A program made the translations under genes and the position numbers. The notes below the pieces were generated by a model that ran no database searches, was not told the origin of the DNA, and worked only from the letters and a program-made list of their open reading frames with translations. Shown here piece after piece: positions 1 through 13,127 of a stretch of 64,000 bases of DNA; the first letter of the stretch is position 1; the number at the start of each line of letters is the position of its first letter. The DNA comes from Chrysemys picta bellii (Eukaryota): assembly GCF_011386835.1 (NCBI RefSeq), contig NC_088791.1, forward strand, positions 255,378,001 through 255,442,000, given 5' to 3'.

Positions 1-229
1 GTAATGTTTTTGTGAAAACATCATTCTTGAATTCCAGGGAAGTCACTGATGCTTGGTTCCTTTTCCCCTCCCATCAAATTTTCCAGGATTAAGTTGAAAA
101 ACAATATCTGCTGCAGAGTTCTCATTTTAAACACTGAGCTTTTGCTGTATTATAGCAAATAATCAAATGGTGAATCTTACATTGAAATGAGCAAGGTCCA
201 AATGTTGGAGGATAACGAAGAACAAGAAA

Positions 230-1000
230 TGAATGGTTGAACCCCTGACATCTTAGAGATGATCAAATTACATTACCTTGCTGTTCTTTTTCTTCTGCTT
301 ACCCTCTCAATGAGCTTCCATGTTACTGAAGCATGCTTCTGTGACCCTGGCATTCATGCAGTTTTTCTTTCTACAATAGTTTGTCTAACATTCCCAGATG
401 GAAAATGGTGATATTATGTACTACCACTGAATTTAAGTGTTTTCCTTTTAACAAGGACACAAATTTAAAGTTTCCACTGAGGAAAAATTGCCTCTATTTT
501 GGATAGTGATTCTATTTGCCTGACACCTTGTGTCTAAGATCTTTCCTGTTCTCTAGGCACCCTACCGATATTTCTTTAAATCTTTATTTCTTCAGTGCAC
601 TAATGGTGGATTATTTCAAGAATTCCATTTATCTCTGGTGCTAATCTCTTCTTAACCTTCTCTACAGCTTCCATCACCACCTTCCAGCTGGATTTTGACA
701 GGTTAAGCAGCATCAACCTGTCAGTTCTCTTGATCTTCAAATACGTGCAATACCTTGCAGTTACATTCTGCTGCATGTATATTATTCTAGCATGGGTCTC
801 CAACTCCTCCTGGATTAAAACCAAAGGTTCTGATCTCTCCTCATTCAGGATACTCTTGGTATACCAGTATGAGTTCTTGTAAAAGTTGCTTTCTCTTCTT
901 TATACTCTTTCTGCTTTTCAAGTGAATTCAACACTACCTCAAGCTAAAAATACTTAAACTTAGTTTCCCCATATATGTTGCTCTTCTATAATGCCTTCAT
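230..1000 (-). mobile_element. Very old RTE-like LINE reverse transcriptase remnant
   Basis: Minus-strand fragments in the expected order: TFGFNPGG (cf. QFGFRPGR), VFEDQEN*QV (cf. FIDYEKAFDRV), LKFSGS (cf. FKYLGS), HASVTWKL (cf. YGSETWTL). Many stops and frameshifts; boundaries approximate. Confidence 0.35.
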
Positions 1001-1149
1001 GAATCCCTTCTTTCCATATGAATTAATATGCTTATAATTCCTAAATAAGTTTTTGAGACTTCTTCTCTCTGGCCTTTTTAAGGCTGCAAATTTATCATGG
1101 ATGTTGCTCATTGCACCTAGGTTTGCTATATTTGCGGTTGTGTGATCAA

Positions 1150-1230
1150 AAGGACTCAACTAGGAATCATGAAACGCCAGAGTTCTAATCCCAGTAACAT
1201 GGACTCACTCTATGGCCGTGGGCAAATAAC
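1150..1230 (+). mobile_element. MIR/CORE-SINE-like fragment
   Basis: ggactcaactaggaatcatgaaacgccagagttctaatcccag...ggccgtgggcaaataact resembles the MIR head and core (B-box-like agttctaatccc, tgggcaagt-like core). Confidence 0.35.
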
Positions 1231-3009
1231 TCTTTGGTGGTGAGGAGTGTAAATGCCTCTCTTAGAGAGGCCAGGTGGCCTAGTGCTTTGAGTGAAGGAT
1301 CAGTGCAGCCTCTGCTTCACAAAGCCATCATATGAGATTGATAATCTGGCCAACTATAGCTTGATTTCATATTTCTTTTTTTGAGTAAGATTATGGGCAA
1401 GCTGGCTGCAAGACACCCCTCAGAGTATCTACATGTCTCTGATCTCCTTCACCCTTGTCAGTATTTTTTGAGCATCAATTATGCTTGGTGTTTGCAAGAT
1501 ACAAACAAAAGTCCTATCCCGAGGATCTTAAGCACTGGGAGACCAACAACAGGATATTAACTTAGGTATTTTAAAATTCTAATATCACTCCCCCTGCCCT
1601 TTATATAACATTGGCACAAAGAAAGTGTTTTTCAGAGTTAGCGTGTGGGAGTATTGCAGAAAAAAATGACTCTTTCAGATGGATTGGAATGAAGTGGGGG
1701 GGGGAGGGGGAGAGAGAGGGGAGCCAGGTGTGCCAGGATGGCATTAGTAGAAACTGGACTTCGCAGCGCTGATGGAATCTTGCTGTACTCCAGCAAGATT
1801 TTACCATATCCTTTGCACTGAAGCACTTGGGCACCTGGGCAATTTGTTTTCACTGTTATTACGACAGTGTGGACTTTCCCCTTCCATCTCCATTGTCCTG
1901 ACCTCTCTCCTCCTCCCAAATCAAACCACCACCAGACACAGGAAGGACCTTGTTGTGGTTCTGTTGCTCATAACACAATTTGCTATGCTAATACTTCCTG
2001 TGCATGCTGCAAATATGGCATCTCGCCAAAACTAAGGACTGGAGTTTGAAAGACTGTCACACAAGTGTGATATTTCCTGTGCTCTACAGGACCTACCACA
2101 ACTGCTCTGCCCTTCACCTCTTCCGTAGCCATTTACTTCTGCCTACTTGTGCCAGTACTTATTTGCTGCAGGGTAGGCAGATTGGCTGCTCTTCGGAGAA
2201 ACAGAGGGTCCTGAGAGACCTGTTACAGCAATGAAAATGTAGTTTTAAATATATTTTGCTGTGGTGAAGAGAAAGTTTAGAGCAGTTAGTTTTGCTCATC
2301 TGTGTCCACAATTATATCACAAGGGCACACTGGCAATTTTACTGTCCAGTCCATTTCTCCACTCAGAACCATAGTGCCCTCTCCTTCTCCCTCCATACTG
2401 ACTCTCTCAATACATTTCAACAATAATTCCAAACATTTCTTTCTTTCTATTCCCCCCTCTACTCCACCCCCCAGATTTTCCGGCACTGATTATTTCTCAC
2501 CTTGATTACCACAAACTCCTCTCTGGCCTCTCACCTTGTCATTCCTTATGTTTACATTTCTCTTAAATGCTGCCACAGACGACTATCTACCTTACCATGT
2601 CCATTCCCTTCAAAGGCTTTCCTTCACCTTTTTACATCAAATCTATGCTCCTTGTCCATGCCTTCAATGTGCAGCCCAACCAAGTTCCTGCCTATTTCTC
2701 TGCCATCATCTTTTAATTCATTACTTTTGCTCCATCCAAGCTGCTCAATTTTTCATCCTCTCTTTATTGCATTTTTTTCCTGCTCCTTTTTTCACAGCCC
2801 CATCAGAGGGACCTGAGGGGGAATGATACAATGAGCACATAAGCCAGCTGGTGATGGTGTAAACTCAGATCAAAGACGATATCTTGGAGACCATCAGTGA
2901 TAACCCCTCTGAGAAAAAGTATGTTTCTAAAAAACTTGGAGGAAGAGAAAGAGGTTGACTGGCACACAAGAAAAGTGAGAGTCTGAGCACCGAAGTATGA
3001 TGGAACTAG

Positions 3010-3290
3010 CTGTGGAGACAAGCATGGAAGAAAGATTGAACAAAAGGACGTTTAGAAGTCAAACAGGTAAAGTAATGCAAGGCCTTGAACAGGAAGACAA
3101 AACTGAACTTCACATAGAAGGCAGTGAGCCAATTCAGAGAGAAGAGACATAAATCAGAGCAGCAGGAAGAGATTATTTTAGCAGCAGCACAGCTGAGATG
3201 AAACCAACAAAGGAGGAGGCAGCAGCGGCTGTAATAGTCAAGGTGAGAGACAACCAAGTATGGACAAGGGTTTGAACTGTAGAAATGGAT
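3010..3290 (-). mobile_element. L2 LINE ORF2 C-terminal fragment
   Basis: ORF 3006-3353(-) contains LVVSHLDYY, AAAKIIS, SLNWL and FLFKALH, matching the L2 motif series LVISRLDYC...NAAAKII...SLHWLP...LTFKALH. Confidence 0.65.
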
Positions 3291-3819
3291 GAATTTTAGA
3301 GCTGCTGTAAAGGAGTACACAGCCACATTACAGCAGTATTCAGAGTTCTGCACTGATTTCCCATCTGCTTCAAGGTGCGACGCAAGGTTTTCAGTTTGAT
3401 TTAAGATTTGGGATGTGGATACTTTAGAGATGGTCTCTCTTCCTATGTACCTTTCCTGATTGCAATGGCAGAGATCACTAGAGACAGTTCAGCTCATAGC
3501 CCCTTGATATACACACTATTGAGATGTGGAAGCAGAGTGTTTTCACAGAAAGGTTCCGGACTGTCTACTTCACTACCTCTAGTAGTCCACCAGAACCCAA
3601 GTCTACTGACCTTCGTGGCATATTGTTCAAGGTTAAGCTTTCTGGTCAAAGATTTGTCTGCCTATAGATGATCCCTTGGAAGATTCTCTTTATGATGGGC
3701 TAGTGAAATTGAGAAGTTAAGCTATTTGTGCTGTCTGTTATGACCGCTTTAATTTGGTGTCTTGTTTTCTGTCACATACCCAGACACTATGGCAATGGGA
3801 GCAAAAAATTCATTAAAGA

Positions 3820-4200
3820 AGTGTACAGGAATCACTTCACCCACACTTGAAATACAGCCACAGCACCTATTAACAATGCACAGCAGCACAACAACTGTTT
3901 AGGACAGGAAGTGTAGAATACCAAATACAGCTGAAACCGCGGTGAGAATTTATGTAGACAGAAGGTAATTACACAAAGTGGAATTTGGCCAAGACACTGA
4001 GAATGCAAAGTGCTATGGGGCTTGTGCAAATTGCCATGGGAACATTAATGATTGTAAGCGAGCTGGCTCTTCATTTACAGTCCCTCAAAAAGATGGCCCA
4101 TTCAATAGCACACTATCCCTTTGCTACATTGAGTTACAGCAAGCTGCACAGTGCTCCCTAACTTGATGGCATCTCCTGTGCCACAGCACCCACTAGTAAC
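3820..4200 (-). mobile_element. AmnSINE/Deu-domain SINE-like copy (degenerate)
   Basis: Plus strand cacccacacttgaaatacagccac...tttaggacaggaagtg...gtaattacacaaagtggaatttggccaagacact...gccatgggaacattaatga...aaagatggc matches the recalled antisense AmnSINE body. Confidence 0.45.
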
Positions 4201-5118
4201 AGTGTTATAAAAAACAGGATGAGACATCTCTTAAATCTTGGATGAATTTTTCATTCCCTATTGTGATTTACTTTAGACTTATAAGAGCTCCTTTATTTTA
4301 GGTCAGTATTATGACAATGGAAGTAAGCCAATGTAACCTTCATTTTTTTAATTAGCATTTAACAAGAAGTGTGTCTTGTTCTTAGAAATATTTTCCCTCC
4401 ATAAGGAAGAATAACCTTGAACAGAAGACAAAACTAAGCTAAGAGGAAAAGAAAATCAAATCAAAACTAAATATACTTATTTTATTTTAAATGCCTTTAA
4501 AACACACTGAATAAAAAGTTATTTCATTGCCCAGAAGCAAATACTGTATCATATCCTTATTTATAATCAAGCCCAAAGAGAATCTCTTTTCTCACACATG
4601 CTACCAACTATACCATGTGTCATGTAAATTCATTGTCTATCCAGAGGGGGAATAAAAATACAACTAAAAAGCTGGCACAAGACAGATGGCCAGTTTCACT
4701 AATCTGACCTTATTTCTTCCAGACTAAATCTAGTGAACTGTTACTACAATGATCCACTATTCCTATAATTCTTAGACTTGAATATTTAGGTTAGAAATGC
4801 AAGCAAATCTGAATTACAAATTCCCACTTCTAGTACATCAATGCTTTGTCATAAATTCTATTCCTAGACTCCAAGGGTGAAGCAGTTCTTAAATCATAAA
4901 AATCATAAGATAAAGCTTTAAATTCATAAAACATTCAAACTTTGCCTCTGCAGAAAAGTGCATTTGGAACTTTTCATTAAGTATACTTACACCTGACAAA
5001 TGCAAAGAATTCTTTCTGTAGCTGCCCCCATGATATCAGAAGACAAGATGGAGCACAAGCTTCATCTCTTGCTAATTAAACAAATCAATTAACAGACTAT
5101 TGTTGCAACTGTGTAACT

Positions 5119-5555
5119 NNNNNNNNNNNNNNNNNNNNNNNNNNNNNNNNNNNNNNNNNNNNNNNNNNNNNNNNNNNNNNNNNNNNNNNNNNNNNNNNNN
5201 NNNNNNNNNNNNNNNNNNNNNNNNNNNNNNNNNNNNNNNNNNNNNNNNNNNNNNNNNNNNNNNNNNNNNNNNNNNNNNNNNNNNNNNNNNNNNNNNNNNN
5301 NNNNNNNNNNNNNNNNNNNNNNNNNNNNNNNNNNNNNNNNNNNNNNNNNNNNNNNNNNNNNNNNNNNNNNNNNNNNNNNNNNNNNNNNNNNNNNNNNNNN
5401 NNNNNNNNNNCACANNNNNNNNNNNNNNNNNNNNNNNNNNNNNNNNNNNNNNNNNNNNNNNNNNNNNNNNNNNNNNNNNNNNNNNNNNNNNNNNNNNNNN
5501 NNNNNNNNNNNNNNNNNNNNNNNNNNNNNNNNNNNNNNNNNNNNNNNNNNNNNNA
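5119..5555. other. Assembly gap (N run) with a 4-nt island 'caca' at 5411-5414
   Basis: Directly visible: N 5119-5410 and N 5415-5555. Confidence 0.99.
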
Positions 5556-6286
5556 CTTTGAAATCTAATTGTGCTGCTGTACCAAGGGTCATATTAATAG
5601 CATTCTTAATGTTAAATCTTGGTAAAACATGTTTATTTTACAGATATTATCACTGAAGCTTAGAAGACTAATGAGAAACAAAGTATATTTATTATCAATA
5701 AAAACTTAATTTAAAATGTACATTCTGAGACTTAAATTAGCTTTACTAACTTCATCATGCCTTTGTTTCATTAAGATCCCTAGTTAAGCTTCTCAGCCAT
5801 ATAAATTAATATCTCCTAAACAGCTCCTGGGTAAATGCCAAAACTGCAGCCATCAAAAAGCTGTTTAAAAAACGCAGGCTACACATATGTTTGGTTTTTT
5901 GGCAGCAGGAATCTTCCTCAGAAAAGAAAGGCTCAACATTCACCATGATGTAATCATCTTAAGATGGCAGTATTCAATCTCTACTTGTAGGTCTTAATCC
6001 ACCCACAGGAAAATAATTGAACTACCTTTGGTAACCTGTTAACCTATTCTTCAAGCAGCCACCAAGTCCAAACCCTTGTCCTTGCCGCAGAAAATATCAA
6101 CAAGCTGAATAAGAGGCAGTCTAAATTTTTCAAGCAAAATACAGAGGAAGTTGCAAAGTCCTGTTCATTTTTCTGGAAGGCAAATGGTATCATCTGAGAT
6201 ATTCAAGTACTACAGTGCAATCCACCCTACAAATGCCATCATTGCATATTCTCATTGGAAATGTTAAGCTTTCATTTAAAAACATT

Positions 6287-6517
6287 GGCCAAGATTTAAA
6301 TAATTGGGTTCTACTTAGGTTCTTAAGCCCTTATTTAGGTACCTAAGCAAGTGGCCTGATTTTCAAAGAGCACTGGGCACCCAGCAGCTCCACACAACTG
6401 AAACCAATGGGAGCTAATCAGTGCTCAGCACTTTTAAAAGTCAGGCCACTTATTCAGCAGCCTAAATAAGACTTTAGCTACCTAACTGCAGTAAACCCAT
6501 TTATTAAAATCTTGGCC
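6287..6517. mobile_element. Palindromic non-autonomous DNA element (hairpin MITE, probably Harbinger-like)
   Basis: Termini ggccaagattt...aaaatcttggcc, and inner arms aagtggcctgattttcaaagagcactgggcac / gtgctcagcacttttaaaagtcaggccactt. Followed by taa. Confidence 0.7.
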
Positions 6518-8212
6518 TAAAATTTTATTTATTTAGGCCACTACAGAAAATAGTCATCCCAATCCAAAGAGACGTACTGCTTTGCATGGGTAACCTAACT
6601 TTTCAGGAGTCAACTGCAACAACAAACCTGGGAACCTGCCCATCTCTGAAAGCATGAACTTCAAGGACTAACTGGGACTATTTAAATGTTACAGCTGATA
6701 AACAGAAATAATTTCTTGTGGATTTTTTTTTGTTTTTTGTTTTTAAAACAGAGACAACTAAATGTGCACACACACAAAAAGACATTATTTTTTATTTACT
6801 ATTTTATTTGAGATTCCAGCCGGGATTTTTAAAAGTGTCTAAGTGGCTTAGAAACAAAGTCCAATTGACATTCAGGGAGACTTGTATTCTGAAATTACTT
6901 AAGCACATTTAGAAATCCCAACTCCAACGTATATCTTAATATATTATTACACTTTAAAACTACTTAACGTGACTGAAAGGGAAATCTCTGTGTGGAGATC
7001 ACTCCCTGCCCTCGGCAGCATCCAGGGTCATTTTGTGGAGAGACAGTAGGCCAGAGGATGCTCACCATCATATTCAAAAGGAATGCACAAAAAAATAATG
7101 TTTCCTGAGGCAATTGTTAACTTTTCCCTGGAGTCCCTTCTGCACTGTGTAACTCCCCTGCCAGAAGTCACACTGGAGCAATGCTGCCAGGTGCTCTGGA
7201 GCCAGGGTAAAGAAAAAGGGTGATTCCCATGATTGCTATGACTTCAGAGAAATTCAATTCAGATTAGCAAGGATCCTGAGTGATCTTCAGACTCTAGAGA
7301 CCATACCCACTGCTTACTCTGGAAGAGCAAACTTTGACTCTTGATGGGGGCAAAACTCAATGAGAGGTACTTTGTGAAAACAAACAAACATAAAAAGAAC
7401 TGTGGAGTTCTCAGACTCAGACTAGAGTTTGCAAGATTAAAATGTGAGAGATATTTTTTTCCTTGCTATTAATACTGTCTCCACATCCCATTAGATATAA
7501 TATCTGTATCTTTTACAGGTTTCAAAATCGCTTTTGAAAGTCCACAGAGGCCTTCATATCTAAAGTTTCAGTAGTGCTATATATTGAAAAACAAGCATGT
7601 TCAGAATTGGACTTATCTGTAATGGTGAAAGAAGCAGGTTATTAAACATTTGCCATTGCAACCTGAGTCTCAGTGTCATACAGTAGAAGCTTCACATTCT
7701 CTACCGCTATTTAATTGGACCATGCAAGGATGCAAGAAGGAGAAGACAGAGGAAAGAAACTGACTACACATTGCTTGAAAATTCTAAAGTCAACAATTTA
7801 TAAATATTGGCAATGGTACAGGAAGGGTGTCTGAAAAGTGAGCACATATTAATGCAAGTCCATTACCAGGAAAAACAAACTGAAGAGAATGTTCTTTTAT
7901 TCCTAGCTGTAATCTATAACTAGTTCACAAAGGTCCACAAAATGGAACTTTGTGTAGGTCCACAAAATTACAAAGTATTCAATAAACCTGGTAACAGGAT
8001 TTGATGGTTTGGTGAATTTGTCTATGTAAAACTTATGAATTCTGATAGAGTTACACATAGAGTTTGTAAAATCAAACCAGCAATGTGTATTGAAGCAGCT
8101 ATTTGCTAGCAAAAATTGATCTGGTATATCACAAACCCTGTCTGGAAGTCAGTACAAGACAATCGAAAAATTGCTAACATTGAACAACTCAGCCCTGATA
8201 GAGCAATCGGGA

Positions 8213-9176
8213 TGTTAAAGGAAGCTGGTTCTCCCAGATTGCCTGCAGGGGATAGGGTTGGAGCAATGGAAACTCCCTAGTAGAAAAGAAGGAACAGAGA
8301 AAACAGCTGTTAGGAGCTGCTGTTAAAAACAGACATGTGGGGAAACCTTGTTACCGCTGGTTCTGAACAATCTCAGGGGAGCTTGTTGCAGGGGAGACAG
8401 AGAGATCCTGAGGCTGAACAGGAGGGAGGGATGGTACAGGAGAGGGTACTGGGACCCCTAAAAGGACAGCCAACCCCCAAAGGTGGTGAGACACCGAAGA
8501 AGGGATTTGTGTGCCAGTTGTGTTCTTTTTCCACAGATCTGTAGATTTCGCTCTTGTGCTTTCTGTATGAGCAAGGCTGGGTCTACACTACCCGCCTGAA
8601 TCGGTGGGTAGAAATCGACCTCTCGGGGATCGATTTATCGCGTCCCAATGGGACGCGACAATTGATCCCCGAATCGACGCTCTTACTCCACCAGCGGAGG
8701 TGGGAGTAAGCGCCATCGACTGGAAGCCGCAGAGGTCGATTTTGCCGCCGTCCTCACAGTGGGGTAAGTCGGCTGCGATACGTCGAATTCAGCTATGCTA
8801 TTCACGTAGCTGAATTTGCGTATCTTAAATCAACTCCCCCCTGTAGTGTAGATGTAGCCTAAGAGTACCTGTGTTTAAAAATTCCTCTACAGAGTCTCTG
8901 TGTTACTTGTTTACCCTGTCCCATCGTCCCAGAAGAAAGAAACAGTAAACCAGAGGGTCAACAGCTTTAGTGGAACTCTGGGAGAGTGCACCAGCTGCCA
9001 GGGAGGCTTGGGCAACTGGATTGCCTCTGCCAAGAAGGGTATCAGACACAGTGTCTGCACCTGGAGTATGTGCTTAGAGGTCAAGAGACAGAGAGATGAT
9101 GCCTAAACTCTGCCCAGCCCCAAGAGCATGTGGGATACAAGGTTTGGGTCCAGAAGGACTCACCAGGGTTGTAACA
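8213..9176. mobile_element. Putative solo LTR interrupted by a MITE
   Basis: TGTTA...TAACA inverted termini; flanks cggga / tagga are at best a degraded 5-bp TSD; LTR-like composition. Confidence 0.35.
8575..8859. mobile_element. Harbinger/PIF-type MITE, young (CpG-rich)
   Basis: TIRs ggctgggtctacacta / tagtgtagatgtagcc, 3-bp flanks caa/taa, internal hairpins (ttcagctatg...cgtagctgaa). Same family as 39414-39698. Confidence 0.8.
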
Positions 9177-9224
9177 TAGGATATCAAAAGTTATGTGAGG
9201 TAATAATCTTTGCCATGATTTTCA

Positions 9225-9418
9225 ATAAGAAGAACTTAAAGCTAGGCACCTATATCTGTATTTATGTCCCTGCCTGATTTCAAAAGTACTCAGAAGCCAA
9301 CAGCTCTGACTCAGGTCAGCAGAAGATAATGGGTGCTCAACACTTTTTGATTTCAGGCACATGCCTAAATAAGGGGTTAGGAGCCTAACTTTAGATCTCC
9401 TATTTTTGAAAATCTTCA
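9225..9418. mobile_element. Degenerate palindromic MITE, same family as 6287-6517
   Basis: Shares taggcacc, cctgatttcaaaagtactcag / gtgctcaacactttttgatttcagg arms and the ttttgaaaatctt end. Confidence 0.5.
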
Positions 9419-11551
9419 ACTTATTGGATAAAGAGTAAAAACAATGTCTTGTGAGACAATTGAGAAAGAGTTGTCTCCTGGTTTCCTTGTACTCCCTCCA
9501 TCTGTCTGTATCCATCTATTGTTTCTTGTTTTATACTTATATTTTAAGCTTTTCAGGCCTTTTTCATTCTGTGTTTGTACAGCACCTAGCACAATGGGGC
9601 CTCCTCAGTGTTCCTGTTATACTACTCCTGCTAGTAACTACAGCAACGCATAAACTGTCTAATGCCACTATGAATTAACAGAAGAGAGAATCCCAAATAG
9701 CAAAGAATTTCTAGTCATGTGCAGCAACAGGAAACATTACTAAAGACCCACGTAGAACCTCTGAATTATGTCAACACTGTGGAATTTAAACTCATGATCC
9801 CTACTTTATTTGGAAACAGTGGCATGGCTTTTTCCATTTTCATTTTAAAACAGCAGAAACAAATACCTTTGCTGCTACTTAACAGAAAATCTTCACAAGT
9901 TTACTATACATTATGCTTTAATATTCATATTAAAGATTTTTATTTAATTGCAAGTCTTTCTGTTGAAGTGTACATTCCCCTGTCTGTTAACTAACTACAT
10001 GGGATGCCAATGAGGTTTCTAATAAAGACGCATTCTCTGCTTCTCTTCAATGTCTGTCAGCCGGCTCAATCAAGTTGAGACTCATCTCTTTTCAAAAACC
10101 AGTAGAAAAACTGCTTTTGCTGTCTAATGTCAGGAAATCAAGTGAATTATTTTATCTAAGCTGATGCCCTCATGACAAGTTGGATGACTGTGCTCCCAAT
10201 CAGCTGGTTCTAAAAACATGTGCTGATGAAAAGGTATATGGGGCATGTGCTAAGTAGCACCACGCTGCTTGTTAGCATTGAAACTCATGATGAATTTGCA
10301 TACGTATGAAACTGAGAATGCTTGAAGCTAGTTTTTCTTCTCTCAATAGAAAATATTAAAATCAATAAATTGTTTTTCTAACCAATTTCTACAGTGATGT
10401 ATAGCATATGCAAGCAGAATACTGAGAAATCTAAATATCATATCACCAAATATTTCTTTCAAGCATTTAGTGTTATGAGGGGAAAATCCCCACTGCCAAC
10501 CTTATAATGCATTGATTAGCCTTCTGTCTGTTAGTAATGGGCATAGTAGTGCATACATACTGGAGTTCCCCAAAAGAGGTTCTAAGAGTGGAGAAAAGGG
10601 TCCTCTTTTCTGGCTTTGGAGTTATATTTTTATTAGTTATTATTATTGATATGACAGCAATGCCCCAAAATCACTAATCCATATCAGCCCTTCCCCCTGT
10701 GCTAGATGCTGCATCAATACACAGGAAGATGCTGTTCTTGGCCCAAAGCTTGTAATCTGAAGAAAAACTCAGATACATTGGTAGAGGAAAGGGATGAAAT
10801 ATAGCTCAGAGTGACAGCTGACAAACATCATGGCAGTTCTGATTTTTTTTAATCTCTCCCCCTCTATTGAGTAGTAGGTTGGGGTGCAGGGGAGGCAGGA
10901 GGGGATTAGTTAATAAGAGCAAAGGAGTGGGGAAGGAAGGTGATAAGGAGAGCAGAATGGAGAGGAGCATAGGGAGAGTGAGACAAGCAATGGGGAGGAC
11001 TTTGAGGGAGAAGGGAAGTCAGAGCAAAGAGCCAATCTGAAAAGGGGAGAATATCCAGAATTCTCTTACCTAACCCTGCATCCCTTCAACTTTTACCTAC
11101 TGTACCTCAGGGATGCTAACCTCTTCTGTTGCAAGGAATTATCAATTCTGCTTCCAAATACTGAAAAGATCTTACACGTAGCTAAGAAAGCAGACTTCGG
11201 AAAAGGTTTGTCTCCATTACCATTTTTCTAATCTACTGATTAAAATTCTCTCTTTAGGTTCAACCAACAAGAAACATGTTAAGACTAGTCTGTATTACAT
11301 CATCTACATTAAGTGCCTGATAGTGTGCACTAAGTGCTCCTCTTCTCTTCTCCCCCTCTCCAAAAACATATTCTGGTATTTTTTCCCCGTTTTCATTAAA
11401 TAATTATTAGGTTTTCTGAATAGATGATAAAGCAGTGTGAGATAATCAATATTAGTTTTAGTTAAGATGGTAATAATCAGCACTAGAGAATTAAACGACT
11501 GTAATATCCTTTTGTTTTACTCTCAATGTCTTAAAGCTAAAAGCGCATCAA

Positions 11552-11690
11552 GACTGTAAGCTTTCTAGGATACAGACTGCCTTTTTCTTGTGTGTTTGTA
11601 CAGCCCATAGCACAATGAGGTACTGTTGTAACACTGGGGTTCCTGGAATTACCGCAATACAAATTAATAATAATAGTAATTAATAATAAA
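11552..11690 (+). mobile_element. L2-type 3' tail fragment (LINE or L2-tailed SINE)
   Basis: gactgtaagctttctagg...tgtgtttgtacagcccatagcacaatgagg...aatacaaattaataataat. The same tail occurs at about 9540-9605(+), 28400-28546(+), 57100-57175(-) and 62395-62480(+). Confidence 0.65.
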
Positions 11691-11940
11691 AACACATACT
11701 TGCATCCCACTTAAAAAAAAAAAAGAATGTCACTAGTCGTAGAATTGACCAATACCTTCCAAAGTTTGGTGATGCTCAGAAATAGGGTTTTGATTAAAGC
11801 CCATTCTGACTTTGTACTATTAACTGACCAAGATGTGTTAGTATTCTTATGCAACAGTCTCAATAATTATTTTTTCCTGCTGTGAGTCTATCAAACCAGC
11901 CATGTAGCAACATCCTTTCCTGCAAAGCAAGTGACCAGTG

Positions 11941-12063
11941 TAAGGTGACCAGACAGCAAATTTGAAAAATTGGGACGGGGTGGGGGGATAATAGGAGCCT
12001 ATACAAGAGAAAGACCCCAAAATCGGGACTGTCCCTATAAAATCGGGACATCTGGTCACCCTA
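11941..12063. mobile_element. hAT-type MITE (123 bp)
   Basis: TIRs taaggtgaccaga / tctggtcacccta; perfect 8-bp TSD gaccagtg (11933-11940, 12064-12071). Confidence 0.9.
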
Positions 12064-13127
12064 GACCAGTGCCAAAGCCCAACATCATAAATAGGACAGT
12101 GTTCACTGATTGTTAAGCACCAATAATGTGGTTGGTAATGAATGAGACCTAAGTAAAAGCACAATTCTTGAGCAGAAGTTATTACAGCAGTTTACTTTTT
12201 TTTTAATCTGTTCAAAGCTTTAAGTTTAGAATTAACTTGGAAAAATACAATTAGAGCACTTCAAGTATCACTTTAACCACATGACTGACAGAATTAAGAT
12301 ACCATTTCAATAAGAATTAAGATACCATTTTGATATAGAGTATGTTAGACTTAGAAGCATCTATCACTTAACACACAATTTTGTTTTTCCATCTTACACA
12401 TGAGTACCCAAGATACACGAAAGAGGCAAAAGATCTGTCCGATTGCTTAGTTCTCCCATGGTAGAGACTGGTCATGATTCTTAGTCTATTATTCTGCAGG
12501 CCAGCAAGAACTGAGGGAGAGCTGTGGAAACAGCTCTCAGCGCCTCAGGGTAGAGTGAGACAATGATGATGGAGGCAATGCTTTGAATCGCCCATTAAAA
12601 GTGCTATTCTCATCTAGTTCTCCTTAGCTGAGAGGATGGCTACTACAATGCCTTGAGGATGAGGAGTATAGAGTGAAAGAAATTGGCCCTGGGCTCGGAC
12701 AAAGATGTACAGAACACCAATGGATGAGCAGGGAGGGGGGAGGAGAGAAATCAGATGAAATGGACTGAAATCTGAATATATTCTAATAGATTACAAGCTT
12801 AAAATCTCCTATTTCTTACAAGTGTACCTTCAATTATACCTTACCCTTTTAGGGGCCAAAAAGTTATAGGCTCATATCAAGTGAAATGTGGAATGTAAAC
12901 ATTTTGTAGCATTCACTTAAGGATAGCTCTGCTTCCATCCAGTTTGAAATACCTGGAATGGGGGGTTTTATGTATCCTATACTTTGAAGCAAACACACGC
13001 TAAAACAGATACTGACAAAATTCATGAACACAGGCGTGTGTGTGCAGTCATTATCAACTGCCTATTTTTTTGTTAAGTTATATTTCAATACAAGCATAAT
13101 GTAGTATAGTAGATCTTGAATACTTAC

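Noticed and set aside
1638-1919. Minus-strand ORF containing KVHTVV, identical to a stretch of human PCCA exon 19 (DKVHTVV)
   Set aside because: Only 6 residues match, it lies downstream of exon 21 (wrong order), and there are no fitting splice sites. Treated as coincidence.
5072-5592. Three long ORFs in the track
   Set aside because: They consist of translated N gap.
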